Positions 1 through 12,125 of a DNA stretch of 64,000 bases are shown piece by piece. Both the position numbers and the translations under genes were made by a program. How positions within the stretch are numbered: the stretch's first letter is position 1; the number at the start of each line of letters is the position of its first letter. A model generated the notes under the pieces. The model ran no database searches. It was not told the origin of the DNA and worked only from the letters and a program-made list of their open reading frames with translations. Source of the DNA: Zygnema circumcarinatum SAG 698-1b (lineage: Eukaryota; Plantae; Zygnematophyceae); NCBI GenBank assembly GCA_037447605.1, contig CM074804.1:868001-932000 (forward strand), in the 5' to 3' direction.

Positions 1-93
1 CAAAAGCCCAGCGACAAGAAGTTTCTCCATCACTTCGGCATTAAGTAGCGGTCTCGCCGGACCGTCCGTGGCGCCCGCAACTCCCACGGCAGC

Positions 94-900
94 TTGGACT
101 CTCGCCGACCAATCGCGTCTGAACACCGGAGTGGTCTCACAGAATTCCGTTTGCGGCGTGCCTTCACTAACTGCGTAAAGGAATCCTCTGAAACCATGCT
201 GACATATACTGACCGCGTCAAATCCTTTGCTAGACGGCTTCGCAGCATTGATTGCGTAGTTCATGATGATGAGATCATCTGTAATCTTTTAGGCGGGCTG
301 CCCGACTCTTTCCGGTCCTTCATCTCGTCCATTGATGCTGCCTCGATCTCACTAACCGTCGCTGATCTGACCGACCTTCTTTTGAACGAGGAGGAAAAAG
401 ATTCCACCCCCTCCAGATCCTCCCACGCGTCCGCGCTTTTCGGATCTGGTCCTCCACCGCCCAAGTCTCCTGGCGCCCTCTTTTGTCGGTATTGCAAGGA
501 ACAGACTCACGTAAAGGACAACTGTCCCGCTCTGGCCAAAAAGGAGGCGCGCCGACTTTTGCCGCGCCCGTCCGTACCTCCGCCCGCTGGCGCGGCAAAT
601 ATCGCGGCGCCCTCTGATTTGGCCCCTGCGATTCGGTCCCCCGCTGAACCTGTCGTACAGCTTACGTGGCCACCCTCCCTCACGTTCCCTACCGCTCCCT
701 TGGTCCCGCCGCCCGCCGCCCTTGAAGTACACCCTCTTCTCTTCACCCGGCCCCGGCGGCCGCCTTCCCACCGGGTGTCGATACATGGTGCTCGAGGATT
801 CGGTCCACGCCTTCGACGCGGACCCTTTAGGTGAGCCTTCTCTCCACGACTCCGCGAAACCCCGTGACTCGGGTGCCTCCCATCATCTAACTTTTAAATT
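94..900 (+). pseudogene. copia gag (zinc knuckle) and aspartic protease remnant
   Basis: ORF 94-834 has copia gag-like text (LLGGLPDSFRSFISSI) and the zinc knuckle. The protease motif DSGASHHL is in a different frame (ORF 722-943). Confidence 0.85.
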
Positions 901-1009
901 AGGTATTTGGTTCTCTCGGCTCTCTCCCTCCCTCTCCCCATGACCATTTTCTTGGGGATAACCCGGCTCGCCAGTACCTTACGCGTATGCGGCGAGGTTT
1001 CCACTCCTG

Positions 1010-1800
1010 GTGGCTGACGGTAGCTTCATCATCGATGGCGTCTACCTGGTGGATGGCCTCGCAAAGAATCTGTTTTCAGTAGCCTCCATCCTGATTTTAG
1101 GCATTTCAGCTCTTTTTAGGCCAGACGGGGTTACTTTCTTCACCCCAGACGCTGTAGTTGGGCACGGCCGCAAAACCGGCCGCTTGTTTTCCCTTACCTC
1201 TTTTGCAGCCTCCCTTGGGCACGCCCATGTTCACACCACTGACCCCCCCCTTACCTTTGCTCGGTGGCACCTCCGCTTTGGCCACCTTGCTGAAAGTAGC
1301 CTCAGAACTCTCGGACAGGGCTTAGTGTTAGGTTTAGACTCTTTCTCTACCGACAAGTTAGACTTTTGTTCAGGCTGTATTCAAGGGAAAATGACAAGAT
1401 TGCCTTTTCCCTCAAGCTCCACCCTTGTCTCTGAGCCTCTGGCACTCATTCATTCTGATGTCTGTGGCCCTATGCGTGATGTTAGCCTCGGCGGCGCATC
1501 ATACTTTGTCACTTTCATTGACCAAGCGACTCATTTTTCCATGTTTTCCCGCCAGCTCACAGAGTCGGCGTTTTTCTCACGTTTCGAGTTCAAAGCCGTC
1601 TGAGACCCTTCTCGGTCGCCGCGTAAGACCGCCGCTTGATAACGGAGTTTATGTCCACCGCCTTCTCCACATACCTTCGCTTTCACGCAGATCACCCATC
1701 GCACTACCGCCTCCCTACACCCCCCAAAGAAATGGAGTCGCCGAAGTGTTTAATCAAGCATCTATTCTATTGCCATGGCTCGCTTATGCTTCATTTTGCC
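1010..1800 (+). pseudogene. copia integrase remnant (frameshifted)
   Basis: WHLRFGHL, CSGCIQGKMTRLPF and LIHSDVCGPM in ORF 1010-1603; YTPQRNGVAE in another frame (ORF 1425-1811). Confidence 0.85.
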
Positions 1801-2210
1801 GACCTCCCTAGCCACGGTAGGAAGCCATCTCCTGACCCTTGCAGCGGACAGCACCCCCCACCTGCGCCCTTCCTCCACGGCTCCCTCTGAGGGCTGGCGG
1901 CAAGCCCCTCCGTCTCCCACCTCCGTATTTTTGGGCTGCGAGGCTTGGTAGAAGATCCACTGAATCGGTCGTCGGCAAAATAGGGACGTAGCGGGCCGTG
2001 CGGCCATTTTCGCCAGCTCACAGCTTCGCGTCCAGACCCCATGGTATCACGTTGTCGCGACAAATCGAATTACTTTGGCGGCGGTCGCGTGCAATATAGG
2101 GCTCCTCTGCGTCAGCAGCGGCTCCATTAAGCCACCGACCACGGCCATTACACCCGCCGACTTCCTCCCGTAGAATCCCAATCTTAGCGTCGTCTGATTC
2201 CCCACCTCAC

Positions 2211-4235
2211 GTGTGGATTGGATATCATTCCCATGACACGCTCACCATTGGCAGCAGACATTCTTTCCGCCGGTCGCGCTCCCCTTCCCCTCCCTTCGGT
2301 GTCCCTGCCCCCCCCTCCCTCCACCCCCCCCCCCCCGCCCCCCCCCCCTCCCCCTCGTCCTCTCTGCTCGACCCTCCCTCTTCTGTTCAGAGGGAGCTTT
2401 CCACCTCACCCGAGCCGGACGCGGACCCCTCCCCTCCGCCTACAGACCTCCCCCCCCCTCCCTTTTTCCCCCTTGCGCCTTCTCCCGGCCTACCCGACTC
2501 CCCTTCCCCTTCACCCGTCGCGGCCTCCCCGCCACCCCGCCCTCCGGCACTCTCCCCTCCGGTTCCCCCCGGCCCTGCCCCCCGCCACGGCACTCGCGAT
2601 CGGCGACCCACGTGGAAAATTATCGACACTGCCGCCCATGCCCTCCTTTCCTCCGCCATGGCCTTCATCGCCTCCTCGTCTGCCCCCCCTACTTTTGCTG
2701 CCGCCCTTCGCACCCCTGACGCAGCCCTCTGGAAAGCTGCCGCTGATGCTGAATTCCTCTCCCTTCAGAAAAACAACACGTGGGACCTTGTCCCCCTTCC
2801 ACCCGGCCGTCGCGCCATCGGCTCTAAATGGGTCTTTAAAATCAAACAAAAATCCGACGGCTCGGTTGACCGCTACAAAGCCCGTTTTGTAGCCAAGGGG
2901 TTCTCTCAGCTCGAAGGCATCGACTTCACCGAAACTTATGCCCCGGTGGCCAAATTCACCTCCATTCGCGTCCTCCTTGCTCTCTCCGCCACCCACGATT
3001 GGGAAATTCACCAGATGGATGTCAAAACCGCATTCCTCTACGGGGACCTTCAAGAAACGATCTTTATGCGCCAACCCGACGGGTATGTCACTCCCGGCAC
3101 CGAACACCTCTTCTGCCGCCTCAACAAATCCATCTACGGCCTCCGGCAAGCACCACGCGTCTGGAACCGCACTTTGGATGCTGTCCTTCTTGCCAGCGGC
3201 TTCACTCGCATCGACGCCGATTTCAGCATCTATCTTCGTGGCCACGGTCAGACCCTCACCATCCTTGCCGTTTACGTTGATGACCTCATTATCTGTGGTC
3301 TCTCCCTTTCCCCCATTTCGGACGTCAAACAGCTCCTTCGCAGCCATTTTGACATGACGGACCTCGGCGAACTGCAATGGTGTCTCGGGATTCACGTCAT
3401 TCGAGATCGGGCTGCTCGGACCCTTCACCTCAGTCAGGAAAAGTATGTTTCCGATCTCCTTGACCGTTTTGGGATGGCCGCTTGCAACCCCATCTCCACC
3501 CCCCTGGACGCCCACATTCACCTTACCTCCCTTGTGGCTGGCTCCCCCGACCCCACGGAGCATGCCACTTACCGATCCATCGTGGGATCCCTTATGTATG
3601 CAATGTTGTGTACCCGGCCCGACCTAGCTGCCGCCGTCGGGCAGCTAAGCCAATACCTTCACCGCCCCTCTTCTGCTCACTTCAGCGCTGCCAAGCGTGT
3701 CCTTCGTTACCTTCAGGGCACCAAGGCCCTGAGCCTTACCTTCTCCTCTGGCTCCCCCACCCTCGTTGGCTATTGTGACTCTGACTGGGGCTGTGTCCCC
3801 GACACAAGGCGTTCGGTTACTGGCTCGTGTTTTTCTCTGGGCAGTGGCCTTATTTCATGGTCCTCTCGGAAGCAGCCTACAGTGGCCACATCCTCCACTG
3901 AAGCAGAGTATATGGCCGCCTCCACTGCTGCCAAAGAGGCTGTTTGGCTCCGATCCCTCCTCTCCAACCTCACCTTTCCTCCCCCTCACGGTACCACCGT
4001 CTTCACGGACTCTCAAGGTGCCCTTGCCCTCATGCAAAACCCGTGCACCATCAGCGTACCAAACACATGCGACACTCTGATTCCACTTCACTTTCGGGAC
4101 AAGATCGAAGGCGGCACCCTTACCTTCCTCTACTGTCCTACCGGCAAGCAGACCGCCGATTTTCTTACCAAGGCCTTACATCGGCCAGCTTTTGAGCTTC
4201 ACCGCTCTTCTGCCGGACTCCACACTTTCGAATGA
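2211..4235 (+). CDS. copia reverse transcriptase-RNase H (open frame)
   Basis: WDLVPLPPGRRAIGSKWVFKIK..DRYKARFVAKGFSQ, HQMDVKTAFL, LYGLRQA-like IYGLRQAPR, YVDD, RYLQGT, CDSDW, SSTEAEY. Confidence 0.9.
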   Translation: MWIGYHSHDTLTIGSRHSFRRSRSPSPPFGVPAPPSLHPPPPAPPPSPSSSLLDPPSSVQRELSTSPEPDADPSPPPTDLPPPPFFPLAPSPGLPDSPSPSPVAASPPPRPPALSPPVPPGPAPRHGTRDRRPTWKIIDTAAHALLSSAMAFIASSSAPPTFAAALRTPDAALWKAAADAEFLSLQKNNTWDLVPLPPGRRAIGSKWVFKIKQKSDGSVDRYKARFVAKGFSQLEGIDFTETYAPVAKFTSIRVLLALSATHDWEIHQMDVKTAFLYGDLQETIFMRQPDGYVTPGTEHLFCRLNKSIYGLRQAPRVWNRTLDAVLLASGFTRIDADFSIYLRGHGQTLTILAVYVDDLIICGLSLSPISDVKQLLRSHFDMTDLGELQWCLGIHVIRDRAARTLHLSQEKYVSDLLDRFGMAACNPISTPLDAHIHLTSLVAGSPDPTEHATYRSIVGSLMYAMLCTRPDLAAAVGQLSQYLHRPSSAHFSAAKRVLRYLQGTKALSLTFSSGSPTLVGYCDSDWGCVPDTRRSVTGSCFSLGSGLISWSSRKQPTVATSSTEAEYMAASTAAKEAVWLRSLLSNLTFPPPHGTTVFTDSQGALALMQNPCTISVPNTCDTLIPLHFRDKIEGGTLTFLYCPTGKQTADFLTKALHRPAFELHRSSAGLHTFE

Positions 4236-4242
4236 GAGGGAG

Positions 4243-4558
4243 TGTTGAGAATCCGACATTCTCAGTTTTGTCGTACTATTTTGTCGTTTTCCCAGCCACG
4301 TGTACTTACACCTGGCTGTGCTTTTAGCTTGTACTTTTCTGTTAGTTTAGTTGTACCTTTGCGGCTGTGTGCTTCACACCCGGCCGCCCTTGCTCAGGCT
4401 AGTTCCACACTCTTTTGTCGCGTAGCTCTAGCCGCAATGTATATAAAACAGATTAGGACATTGTACACTTTACCACGTTAATCACACATCTGTCTTTTTG
4501 CGTCAACTCTCTCTGTCCTCACTTTGATCGTACAATGTCCACTCCGTCTTTTTCAATA
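4243..4558 (+). repeat. putative 3' LTR of the copia element
   Basis: Begins TGTTGAGA right after the PPT and contains a TATATAAA box (~4440). The 3' end is uncertain; TTTTCAATA at ~4550-4558 is the best imperfect inverse of the start. The 5' LTR is outside the window. Confidence 0.65.
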
Positions 4559-5192
4559 GCTCGCAGCATACGGGGAAGGAAAATAATTAATTTTGGGTCA
4601 TTGGCTTGCCATGCAAGAACTCTGTTGTTATAGATATACGCTTAGGGCTCAAGTACTTGCTACCGATGTAGACAGACAGCCAATCTCATGACAAATGTTT
4701 GGGCATACATTGCATGTAAGGCGTACCCACATCACGTTCTGTTGCATCACAGCATGCTCTTGTGGACAGAGGCATCAAGTCATGCAAATTTATTGCATAT
4801 GCGAGGAGGCAAAGCGCCTCCTGATTGGTACAACAAAGAAATACATCAAAACCGCATCGGGTCGACATACTTGAACTGGGCGGTAACCTAAGATGGTTCT
4901 CTAAACAGGCGTATGAATCTTTTTCAGTAAATACTGAAGAACCCACTAATGTACTCAGCCAACGTGGACAAGGTTGGAACTTTCACCAACGACTAAATTC
5001 TACGCTACTGTACAATTATGAAAATATTGCTAATCGCTTCAAAAATATTCAGATTATGCTAACACAGGATGCATTCCTTTGCAGCTCCCTGCACGTGGGC
5101 GGTTTAATTTTTCCGCCATAAGAATAAGACTCCCAAATTGCCATTGACAGCAAGAGAGAGGAGCAGGTCACTGCAGCGTCGCAGCATCAATC

Positions 5193-5997
5193 CTACTTGG
5201 GAACGAAGTAGTAGTCCACACCTGCAGCCACAGACGCCCCAACGAACGTGAGTGAGTGCCACGTGGCAGACGCCGCGCCCTCCCCTGGACCTGCTGCTGC
5301 TGAAGCGACAAAGAAAGGAGGGAGGGAGGGAGTGAGGGAGGGAGGGGCTGACCGTGCACGACGAGCGTGCCCTGTTTCCGGAAGACCTTCCAGTGCTTGA
5401 CGGTGGCCGTCTGGTTGGCGGGCGCGGCGGAGGCGCTGACGGAGATCGCGTCGGCGGCGCGCTTGTAGACCTTCCGGTTCTTGAAGGTCGAGGTCCAGTA
5501 GGAGCCCACCGCCGCCTTCTGGAAGGCCGACCAGGACACGAAGTCGCCGCGGATGCCGTTGTGCAGCACGAGGTCCCCGAAGGCCTCCTTCCCCGTCACC
5601 GCCGCGTCGAGCCGCTCGAACGCGCCCCGCACCGGCACGAACAGCGTCACCTTGTGGCCGGCCGTCAGCTGCTCGAAGAGCGCGAGGGGCGCCGCTGCAC
5701 CGAGAGAGAAAGGCGGCAGCCATGGCGGGTCAGCGCACCGCCATACACTGAACGTATGCAAGCAGCTAAGGGACGATTGCAAAGGCGGCCAAGGTAAGGG
5801 TTGCTAATTGCCGCTCTGCTGTACTCACAGGAGTCGAAGTACGCGTTGAGGAAGGGGAGGTACAGCGTTCGATTCAGCTTCTTGTTCATTTCGCCCAGCA
5901 GCCTGTTCGCCTCGATGGCGTCCATCCCGCCCGCCGCTGCGCAGGCGCAGAGAGAGAGAAGCACGGCGCACACGGCTGCGGCTCTGCGAGACGCCAT
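5193..5997 (-). CDS. secreted single-FAS1 (fasciclin) domain protein, copy 1 (~179 aa, 3 exons: 5997-5829, 5694-5353, 5221-5193)
   Basis: Signal peptide MASRRAAAVCAVLLSLCACAAA; H1-like VTLFVP; H2-like VVHG|VDYYFVPK*. GT-AG introns give a continuous frame. Confidence 0.85.
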
Positions 5998-6315
5998 GGC
6001 CTGCGGGTGCGTGCTTACTTGCTTGCTTGCTTGCGGGAGGGAGGGAGGGAGGGAGGGAGGGAGGAGGGCAAGGAGGGAGGGAGGGAAGCTACTGGTGCTG
6101 GTGGTGGTGCTGCGGGAGGGCTCTGGCTGCTCTGCTCTCGCTCCTTCCTTTCAAGCGCCGCCGCCGCCACCTGCGCGCGCTCCTGCCGCTGCCGCCCGCC
6201 CTCGTCCGTACGTCCGCACAGCGAAAATTTTCAACATCCGTACATCCAATATGTCAACGATCGGCTCGGTCCGCTTTCTTCTCCTCGGAGAGTTTTCTTC
6301 CGACTCGGGCCTGAG

Positions 6316-6334
6316 CCAATGACGACTCGCCACG
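6316..6334 (+). promoter_or_regulatory. CCAAT-N9-CCACG (ERSE-I-type) element in the divergent FAS1 copy 1/copy 2 promoter
   Basis: CCAAT gacgactcg CCACG is an exact match. A degenerate inverted partner (CGTGG..ATTGC) follows at ~6351-6372. Function is inferred only. Confidence 0.5.
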
Positions 6335-6805
6335 TAGCACACAATGTCTACGTGGGAAATCAGCGACATTGCTTAGAGCAGCGCAGAGGTCGCGCAAGCC
6401 GTCGCCAGTGGCAGATGCTCGGTCGGCCCCGCTGGCAGGTGCCCGGATCAGCCAATCGCGTGCTGGCGGCAGCCCTTTTTGGCCGTCCGATTCGCGCAGG
6501 CGTTTCTCCAGCTAAGAATATAAAGAAGCGCCACGTGGCGATTCTGGATGTACGGACACTCTGGGCCCGCACCTGCCACGTTCGTACATCCTGCCGAATC
6601 ACCCGCGCCTGGCCGTACACCCCCTGCTCTGTTGTCCGTACAGCGGCGGCGCTTTTTTATACCTTCGTTTTTCTAAGCAGGGCGGCAAGCTTCCTCCCAC
6701 TCTCTCTACCTCTCCCCATCCCTCCGCAGTGGTCTCTCCCTCTCACTCTTTTTTCTCTCTCTTTCTCTCTCTCTCTCTACCACATACACACACCGTGCCC
6801 CTGCA

Positions 6806-7713
6806 ATGGCGCGCCTCGTATCCGCATTCGTGGCCGCCATAGTGGCATCTCTCGCGCTGTTTCCGCTCGGGGCCCTCTCCGACGCCGCCACGGCCAATGA
6901 CGTTCTTTCGGGCATCAAGTCGAAGCTGGAGAAGAATCCCAACTACTCCGCCTTCTTCGCTGCTTATTTCTCCTCCTGTGCGTCCCCCTCCCGCCCTCCC
7001 TCCCCTCCCGCCCTTTTCTGCTATCAGTTTCCTGCGCCGCCATTGTGCTGCCTCTCCCTGTAGCTGAACGCGCTGCCTGTAACTGAGCTCGTCTCATTGT
7101 GGCTGTTCCATGCAGCTGCTCCGTTGGAGCTCTACAAGCGGCTGAGCGCGAACAAGAGGGTGACCCTCTTCATCCCCAGCGCGGCTGCCTTCAAAGCAGT
7201 CCCGGCGGCGTACAAGGCCAACGGCAAGTTTGGAAGCGTGATTCTCTACCACACCATTGAGGGCGTCGCCCTCTCCCGGGAGGACTTCCGCAACGCGCCG
7301 GTGAAGAGGTACTGGACCTCGCAGTTTCAGAACAACAAAATCACCAAAGTGGCGCGCGACATGTTCACGATCAGCAAAAGCACTGTCGCCAAGAACGCGA
7401 CTGTTGCCGGATGGAACTTTTGGCGCTACAAAACCGGACTGCTTAACATGCACGGTTAGTGGCCCTCCCGTCCCTCCATCCCTTTGCCTCAGAGGGGGCC
7501 TGCAGTCCCTTGGGGAAATGTAGGGGATTTTTTGACTTACATGAGTTTTGCTGAGTTTGGTTTAGGGTGTTGAGATTAGGGTTAGGGCTTTCGATGCTGT
7601 TACCATTGTTTGGGCAGCGTGCGCGGTGAAAGTTGAAGGTATGGCCACTGATCTGACGTGCCTTATGTTCTGCTGCAGTGGTCGACTACTACTTCATCCC
7701 AGCGGCACTATAA
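6806..7713 (+). CDS. secreted single-FAS1 domain protein, copy 2 (~181 aa, exons 6806-6977, 7116-7454, 7679-7713)
   Basis: Signal peptide MARLVSAFVAAIVASLALFPLGALS; VTLFIP; ILYHTI; NMH|VVDYYFIPAAL*. Canonical splice sites. Confidence 0.85.
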
Positions 7714-8952
7714 TTTGTGCCAGCCTCGCGCGTTCCTCCCCATCGACTTCGCTTACTTGATGTGAATTCATCGATTGATGTGAATTCACGCCATTTGTAT
7801 TTTATTAGAAAATTGTTGTTCCAAAACACACAAGCTGCTTCTTTTAATATGTGACATTGTTTGGCCATCATGGCCCGGCTGGGCGGAGCACTGCATGCTG
7901 GGCGTTAGAGCTCGTGCGCTTTTGCGTTACCGAGATTGCTTCGCAATATTGTTTCCGCATGGAAGGGTAAATTCCCGTTATAAATATACTTACCTGTCGG
8001 CCTTCATCCCTGACCAAAGTGTGACTACTTGGCGGTATGATACTGTGATGATATATATGCTTAATGCACGTGGGCCGATCTGCCAACCATAATTAATACC
8101 AAAAGTTAATTTATCTCCTCAGCTCGTAAACCTGCCGTAGGACTGAAAAGGAGGTCTCAAAGATTCCAACACTCAGTGAGCATTAGAAAACCCTGAAACA
8201 CAATATCCAAAAACCTCACACTTTAAAACCCCTTCGAGCTATTGAAAATGGGAGGTTCCTCCGCTTCCCTGCACGAATTTCCTCCCCTCCCTCTCTTTCT
8301 CCCTCCCTCCCTCCCTCTCTCCCAGTGTGCAAGCGTACGGCAGCACGAGTTGTTTGAGGGAGTCACTGCGTTCAATGCTTGAAAGGGACGTGGGCGCGGT
8401 TTGGAGCTGAGCTATAGACAAGCTGTAGGCAGCCAACATTTGAACCCATATATCTCCCTCGCAACTTAATCCAACCACAAGCCGCTACACTTCCCTCAAT
8501 TCGGACATGCCTGCTGACGTTCATTCTCCGCCAAACTTGCTTATAAACGGGTTCTGACTTTCGGATGGCCCGGGTCATAATGCAATCCTGTCCATATCTC
8601 GAGCGAGACAGAGAAATTTATGTGCATCTGCTTTACGTTCTTAAGTTCTGGGCAATCTTGAAGAGGTTTTCAAAAAAAATCAGTCAACAGAGGCAGGTTA
8701 CTTGACAAGCTGAAAAAGGTAATCTACACGGCTTGAACAAATCAAAAGCTAGAGTCCATCTAAAAGGTGCCACGTTTTGTCAGCTGGAAAGTCGTCTTTT
8801 TCGGTGTTAGGGGCATTGCAAACCTCCTTACTGCCAGTTGTGCAGGAAACTTTACTAGAGCGTTCTGAGTGCTTTTAACTCATCGACGTGGAACTAAACA
8901 GTCCCACCGAGTGGAAACCAGAGGCTGTTTCCCTACTGAGTCGCCCACTCAC

Positions 8953-9716
8953 CCGAGGTTAAAGAAATTGTGCGCACCCAAACTAGGTAGAGGCACCGCG
9001 CATCTGTGTAGCAATACACGCGTGTGAAGAGTAAAGGACAATCCAAGGCTCTCTCAACCATTCCTACATTGTCTCTCCCACACACTCTATGTGGCGGAAG
9101 GGACATTCAAGACAAGTCAACGGAATGGAGTCAAGGAACACCCGTGATGCAGTTCCGATGGCGGGTGGAAGGCGGCGGGTCGGCTCTACACTCTCTGCAT
9201 TTTCTCCTCTACTCGTTTGCGCGTCAAGCTTTTCAAAAGCATCAAACAACTGGCAACAGACATAAGGAAACGAAGTTCATTTAATTACCAGCTAAGGAAT
9301 CGCAATGAAAATGAGATGAAACGTAACGTAATTTGTTGCGCAGTGAGTGATTATTATACTTCAGACAACATGCACACTCCCGCCTGTGTGCTCCCACGCG
9401 TATTTTCGACAACTCGAAAATTTCGTTGACTTCATCGAGCTGCCGCACAAAATTCCTGCAGTAAAATGGAGCACAAAGTGGTACTAAAATGTGAGGTGAT
9501 ATTCCACTCCACGGCCAGTCTTCATGCATGCTGCGCCATGCATGCTTCATCCAAAGGATGAAGTATGACAAAGAAGCAAAGGTTCCATTGAACACAAGAC
9601 AAGCTGTACGACAAGAGAAGACAAGAATACCAGTTTCCCTGGTAATCGGCTGAAAATAGAAGGGGGTTACAGTCGTATCCAACGGCGACCATATTTGTTT
9701 CCGTTAAGAAGACAAG
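8953..9716 (-). pseudogene. ARPC1: 3' fragment of Arp2/3 complex subunit ARPC1, with introns retained
   Basis: Exon-like pieces LVFLTETNMVAVGYDCNPLLFSADYQGNW, NFVRQLDE, FDAFEKL..(frameshift)..HRNCIT and CAVPL..TSG match the plant ARPC1 C-terminus from memory. The 5' WD40 repeats are absent. Confidence 0.65.
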
Positions 9717-9969
9717 CTGTCCAGTGCACCCAGTATGTATCACCATCAGGAGGACTCGAAAGTTTCGGAAAATACGGAGAGCGGGAGAGGGAGAGGGAAA
9801 GAGGGACAACACACCGCCCCTTCATTTTCCAGCACCATCACCTGCAGATTTTTACACTGAAATTAAAGGAAAGGAACAGTAGATTTTTTACAAAAGAAAG
9901 TTCTACTAAAGCACTTTTTCTGCTTTCATCTCGCTGTCTACTCGGTGATAGTCTAAAAAACATTCCTAT

Positions 9970-10881
9970 CTACTGTGCTGCTAGCTTACAGATATCTTCA
10001 TATTGCACAGCAGGCAATACCCTACCATCAAAGGCGCCCTTCAGAAGCTGCACTTTTGCATAAAACTTGTCTGCATTGATCCCCAATGGTTTTGCATTAC
10101 ATCCACGATACGCTCCGTTCACTATCTTAACCCTATTTGGGGAAGCACGGTCTCAAGTTCCTCCTGGTCAACTCGGAGCTTTTGCTCGCTCTTGCTCACG
10201 CATCATCTCGTCTAGGGTTCCCCTGCCTTTGCTGCTCGCGTCATTTCCCTCACCAGCTCTTCTTCCTTCCTTGTTACTTCCAGATATCTTTCCCTGCAGC
10301 GTCCGCTTCTCCTCTTCGATCGTCTCAACCGGCTTTGCCATCTTCGCTGCACGCTCTATTTGCTCTTCTAAAGCTCGATCATGTCGCTCCTCATCTGCCA
10401 TATCAGCCTTCTCTCTCTTCTTCTGCAGCCCTTCCTTGAGAAGAGTCTCCGGCGCTCTGTCAATATACGCCATGAATCATCCCTTAGGCGTTTCGTCCAC
10501 CTTGCACCTCCCTGTTCTTCCAAGATGCTTCACAAACTCTGTCAGAGAGTTAGTGGAATTCATGTGAATATGATGCCCGTCGTTGATGTACTCATTATAC
10601 ACAACTGTTGCAGCCAAACGACTAAACCTGTGAGTTCGCTTCACATGCTCCAAAAAGGACTTCTCAAACTCCTCCGAATATCCGTCTATAAATCGCTCTG
10701 AATTATGGCCGAACACCATCATCTGCCTCTGGTGCGATTCAGACATGCAATGACACTTGAATCATTTCTCATCCCTGCACTGCTTCTGACACTTCTGACA
10801 ATACCAACGGAGCATATGCAACCCCTTCGCTGTGATGCGGTTTGCGATGGCTTTGGGGGTGAGAAAATCATTTTTTCCCAT
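9970..10881 (-). pseudogene. KIN17: KIN17 DNA/RNA-binding protein pseudogene
   Basis: MGKNDFLTPKAIANRITAKGLHMLRWYCQKCQKQCRDEK*FKCHCMSESHQRQM..; second stop at KG*F (conserved W); internal deletion before KLRVDQEELETVLPQIG; C-terminus VNGAYRG..QYEDICKL. Telo-box-like AAACCCTAA at 10961-10969 in the leader. Confidence 0.92.
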
Positions 10882-11556
10882 TGCTTCAGTCAGAAATTGC
10901 AGGAACTGCAACCCCAACAACAACCGCAACCCTAATTCCCACCTTTCTCTCTCAGTGATGAAACCCTAAATTGTGCAGTGCAGACCTTTCTCCGCTCTTC
11001 TTCAATAGGGGCGTGCCAAGCTCTTGACGACATCTCCTGATGACGGATTAGATTAGAGCCAATACATCAATTTCAGCGGTTTGTGAGGAAGAAGAGTACT
11101 CTTTTTTAAATATATTCCGAAGCGCCATGCCAAAAGCTTGACACAGCCACTATCTGAAGAGGAAGTCGGAGGACTCCAATTCATGATGGTTGTTGGCATA
11201 CAGGGAATGAGAAACTTAGGAAATTGACTAGCATACGGTAATGTAATGTACTTTAATGCTTCTGATATACCAAGTGACCGTGGGTGTTACTCTAGAATTC
11301 AGCAGGGAAACTGTTACTGAAAACTTATCAGAAGGATCCACACTACTGCGAAGGACGAACTTAGATGTGCGAAACATCCATATTCTTATGGAAGTAGCAT
11401 TTTAAGTGTTCCAAAGGCTACATTTGATCATTGTACATTCTAGGGTGTTCAAACTAGCTGACGCGCTCCTTTCCAGGAGATTAAAAAAACCAGTTGGGAC
11501 GCTTGAATGAGCATCAAAAACTGAAAAGTGGACACAGAAAATCCACAGGACATTAC

Positions 11557-12125
11557 CTTCTTCACCCATTCAGGCATGATGGCGCTAAACAGAAATATCT
11601 GGACTTTCGAACATCATCCACCGAACCTGCGCACATTCACCAACCATAAAAAAACTGGCACATCAGCCTATATGCCAAGAAGACTTCAAAGGGGGTTGTT
11701 TCTAACTATCCTCTAGGGTTTCCACAATACCTGAGTTTATTCTCCAAAGTTTGCAACTAACCTGCACTTTCCTGCCTCATGCCTTCAATGGCAGGAAAGG
11801 ATGCGTAAAAACTCCCCTCTCCCATCCGCCGCCCTGGCCGGCAAACGGAACTGCGTATGCATAGCAATCATTCAGCGACAACGGGCCTCTTCCCGCCTCA
11901 CATTCAATTAAAACCATTCTCTTCATATTCTCTTTATATTCTCTTCACTTCTCTCGTTTATTTTCCTTTCTTTGGGAGTAATCGAGAGGCTAGATTACTT
12001 ACCCAGAACCTTCTCCACGTCATCCACGAAACCCCTGTTGAGCATCTCATCAGCCCCGTCAAGCACCCCAAACTGAAGCGTTTTCAGCTGCAGACTCCCT
12101 CTCGCCGAGCGATCTTGGGACCCAG
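11557..12125 (-). pseudogene. DEAD-box RNA helicase fragment (RH7/DDX21-like; 2 exons and their intron)
   Basis: LQFGVLDGADEMLNRGFVDDVEKVLG|intron|GSVDDVRK(frameshift)VQIFLFSAIMPEWVKK. Motif II reads DGAD instead of DEAD and motif III reads SAI instead of SAT. Confidence 0.8.

Larger units (their letters stand above)
1..4558 (+). mobile_element. Ty1/copia LTR retrotransposon, 5'-truncated by window edge, with frameshifts/stops in gag-PR-IN
   Basis: Domain order gag (CX2CX4HX4C knuckle CRYCKEQTHVKDNC) - protease (DSGASHHLT, ~866-892) - integrase (HLRFGHL..CSGC, HSDVCGP, YTPQRNGVAE) - RT (KARFVAKGFSQ, YVDD) - RNase H (CDSDW, TDSQGA) is copia order. Polypurine tract GAGAGGGAG (4234-4242) is followed by TGTTGAGA. 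Confidence 0.95.

Noticed and set aside
4600-5150. Short ORFs between the copia LTR and FAS1 copy 1; also 8240-8620, 17480-17960, 34100-35300 and 44100-45100
   Set aside because: No recognisable motifs or consistent splice patterns; treated as UTR or intergenic DNA.
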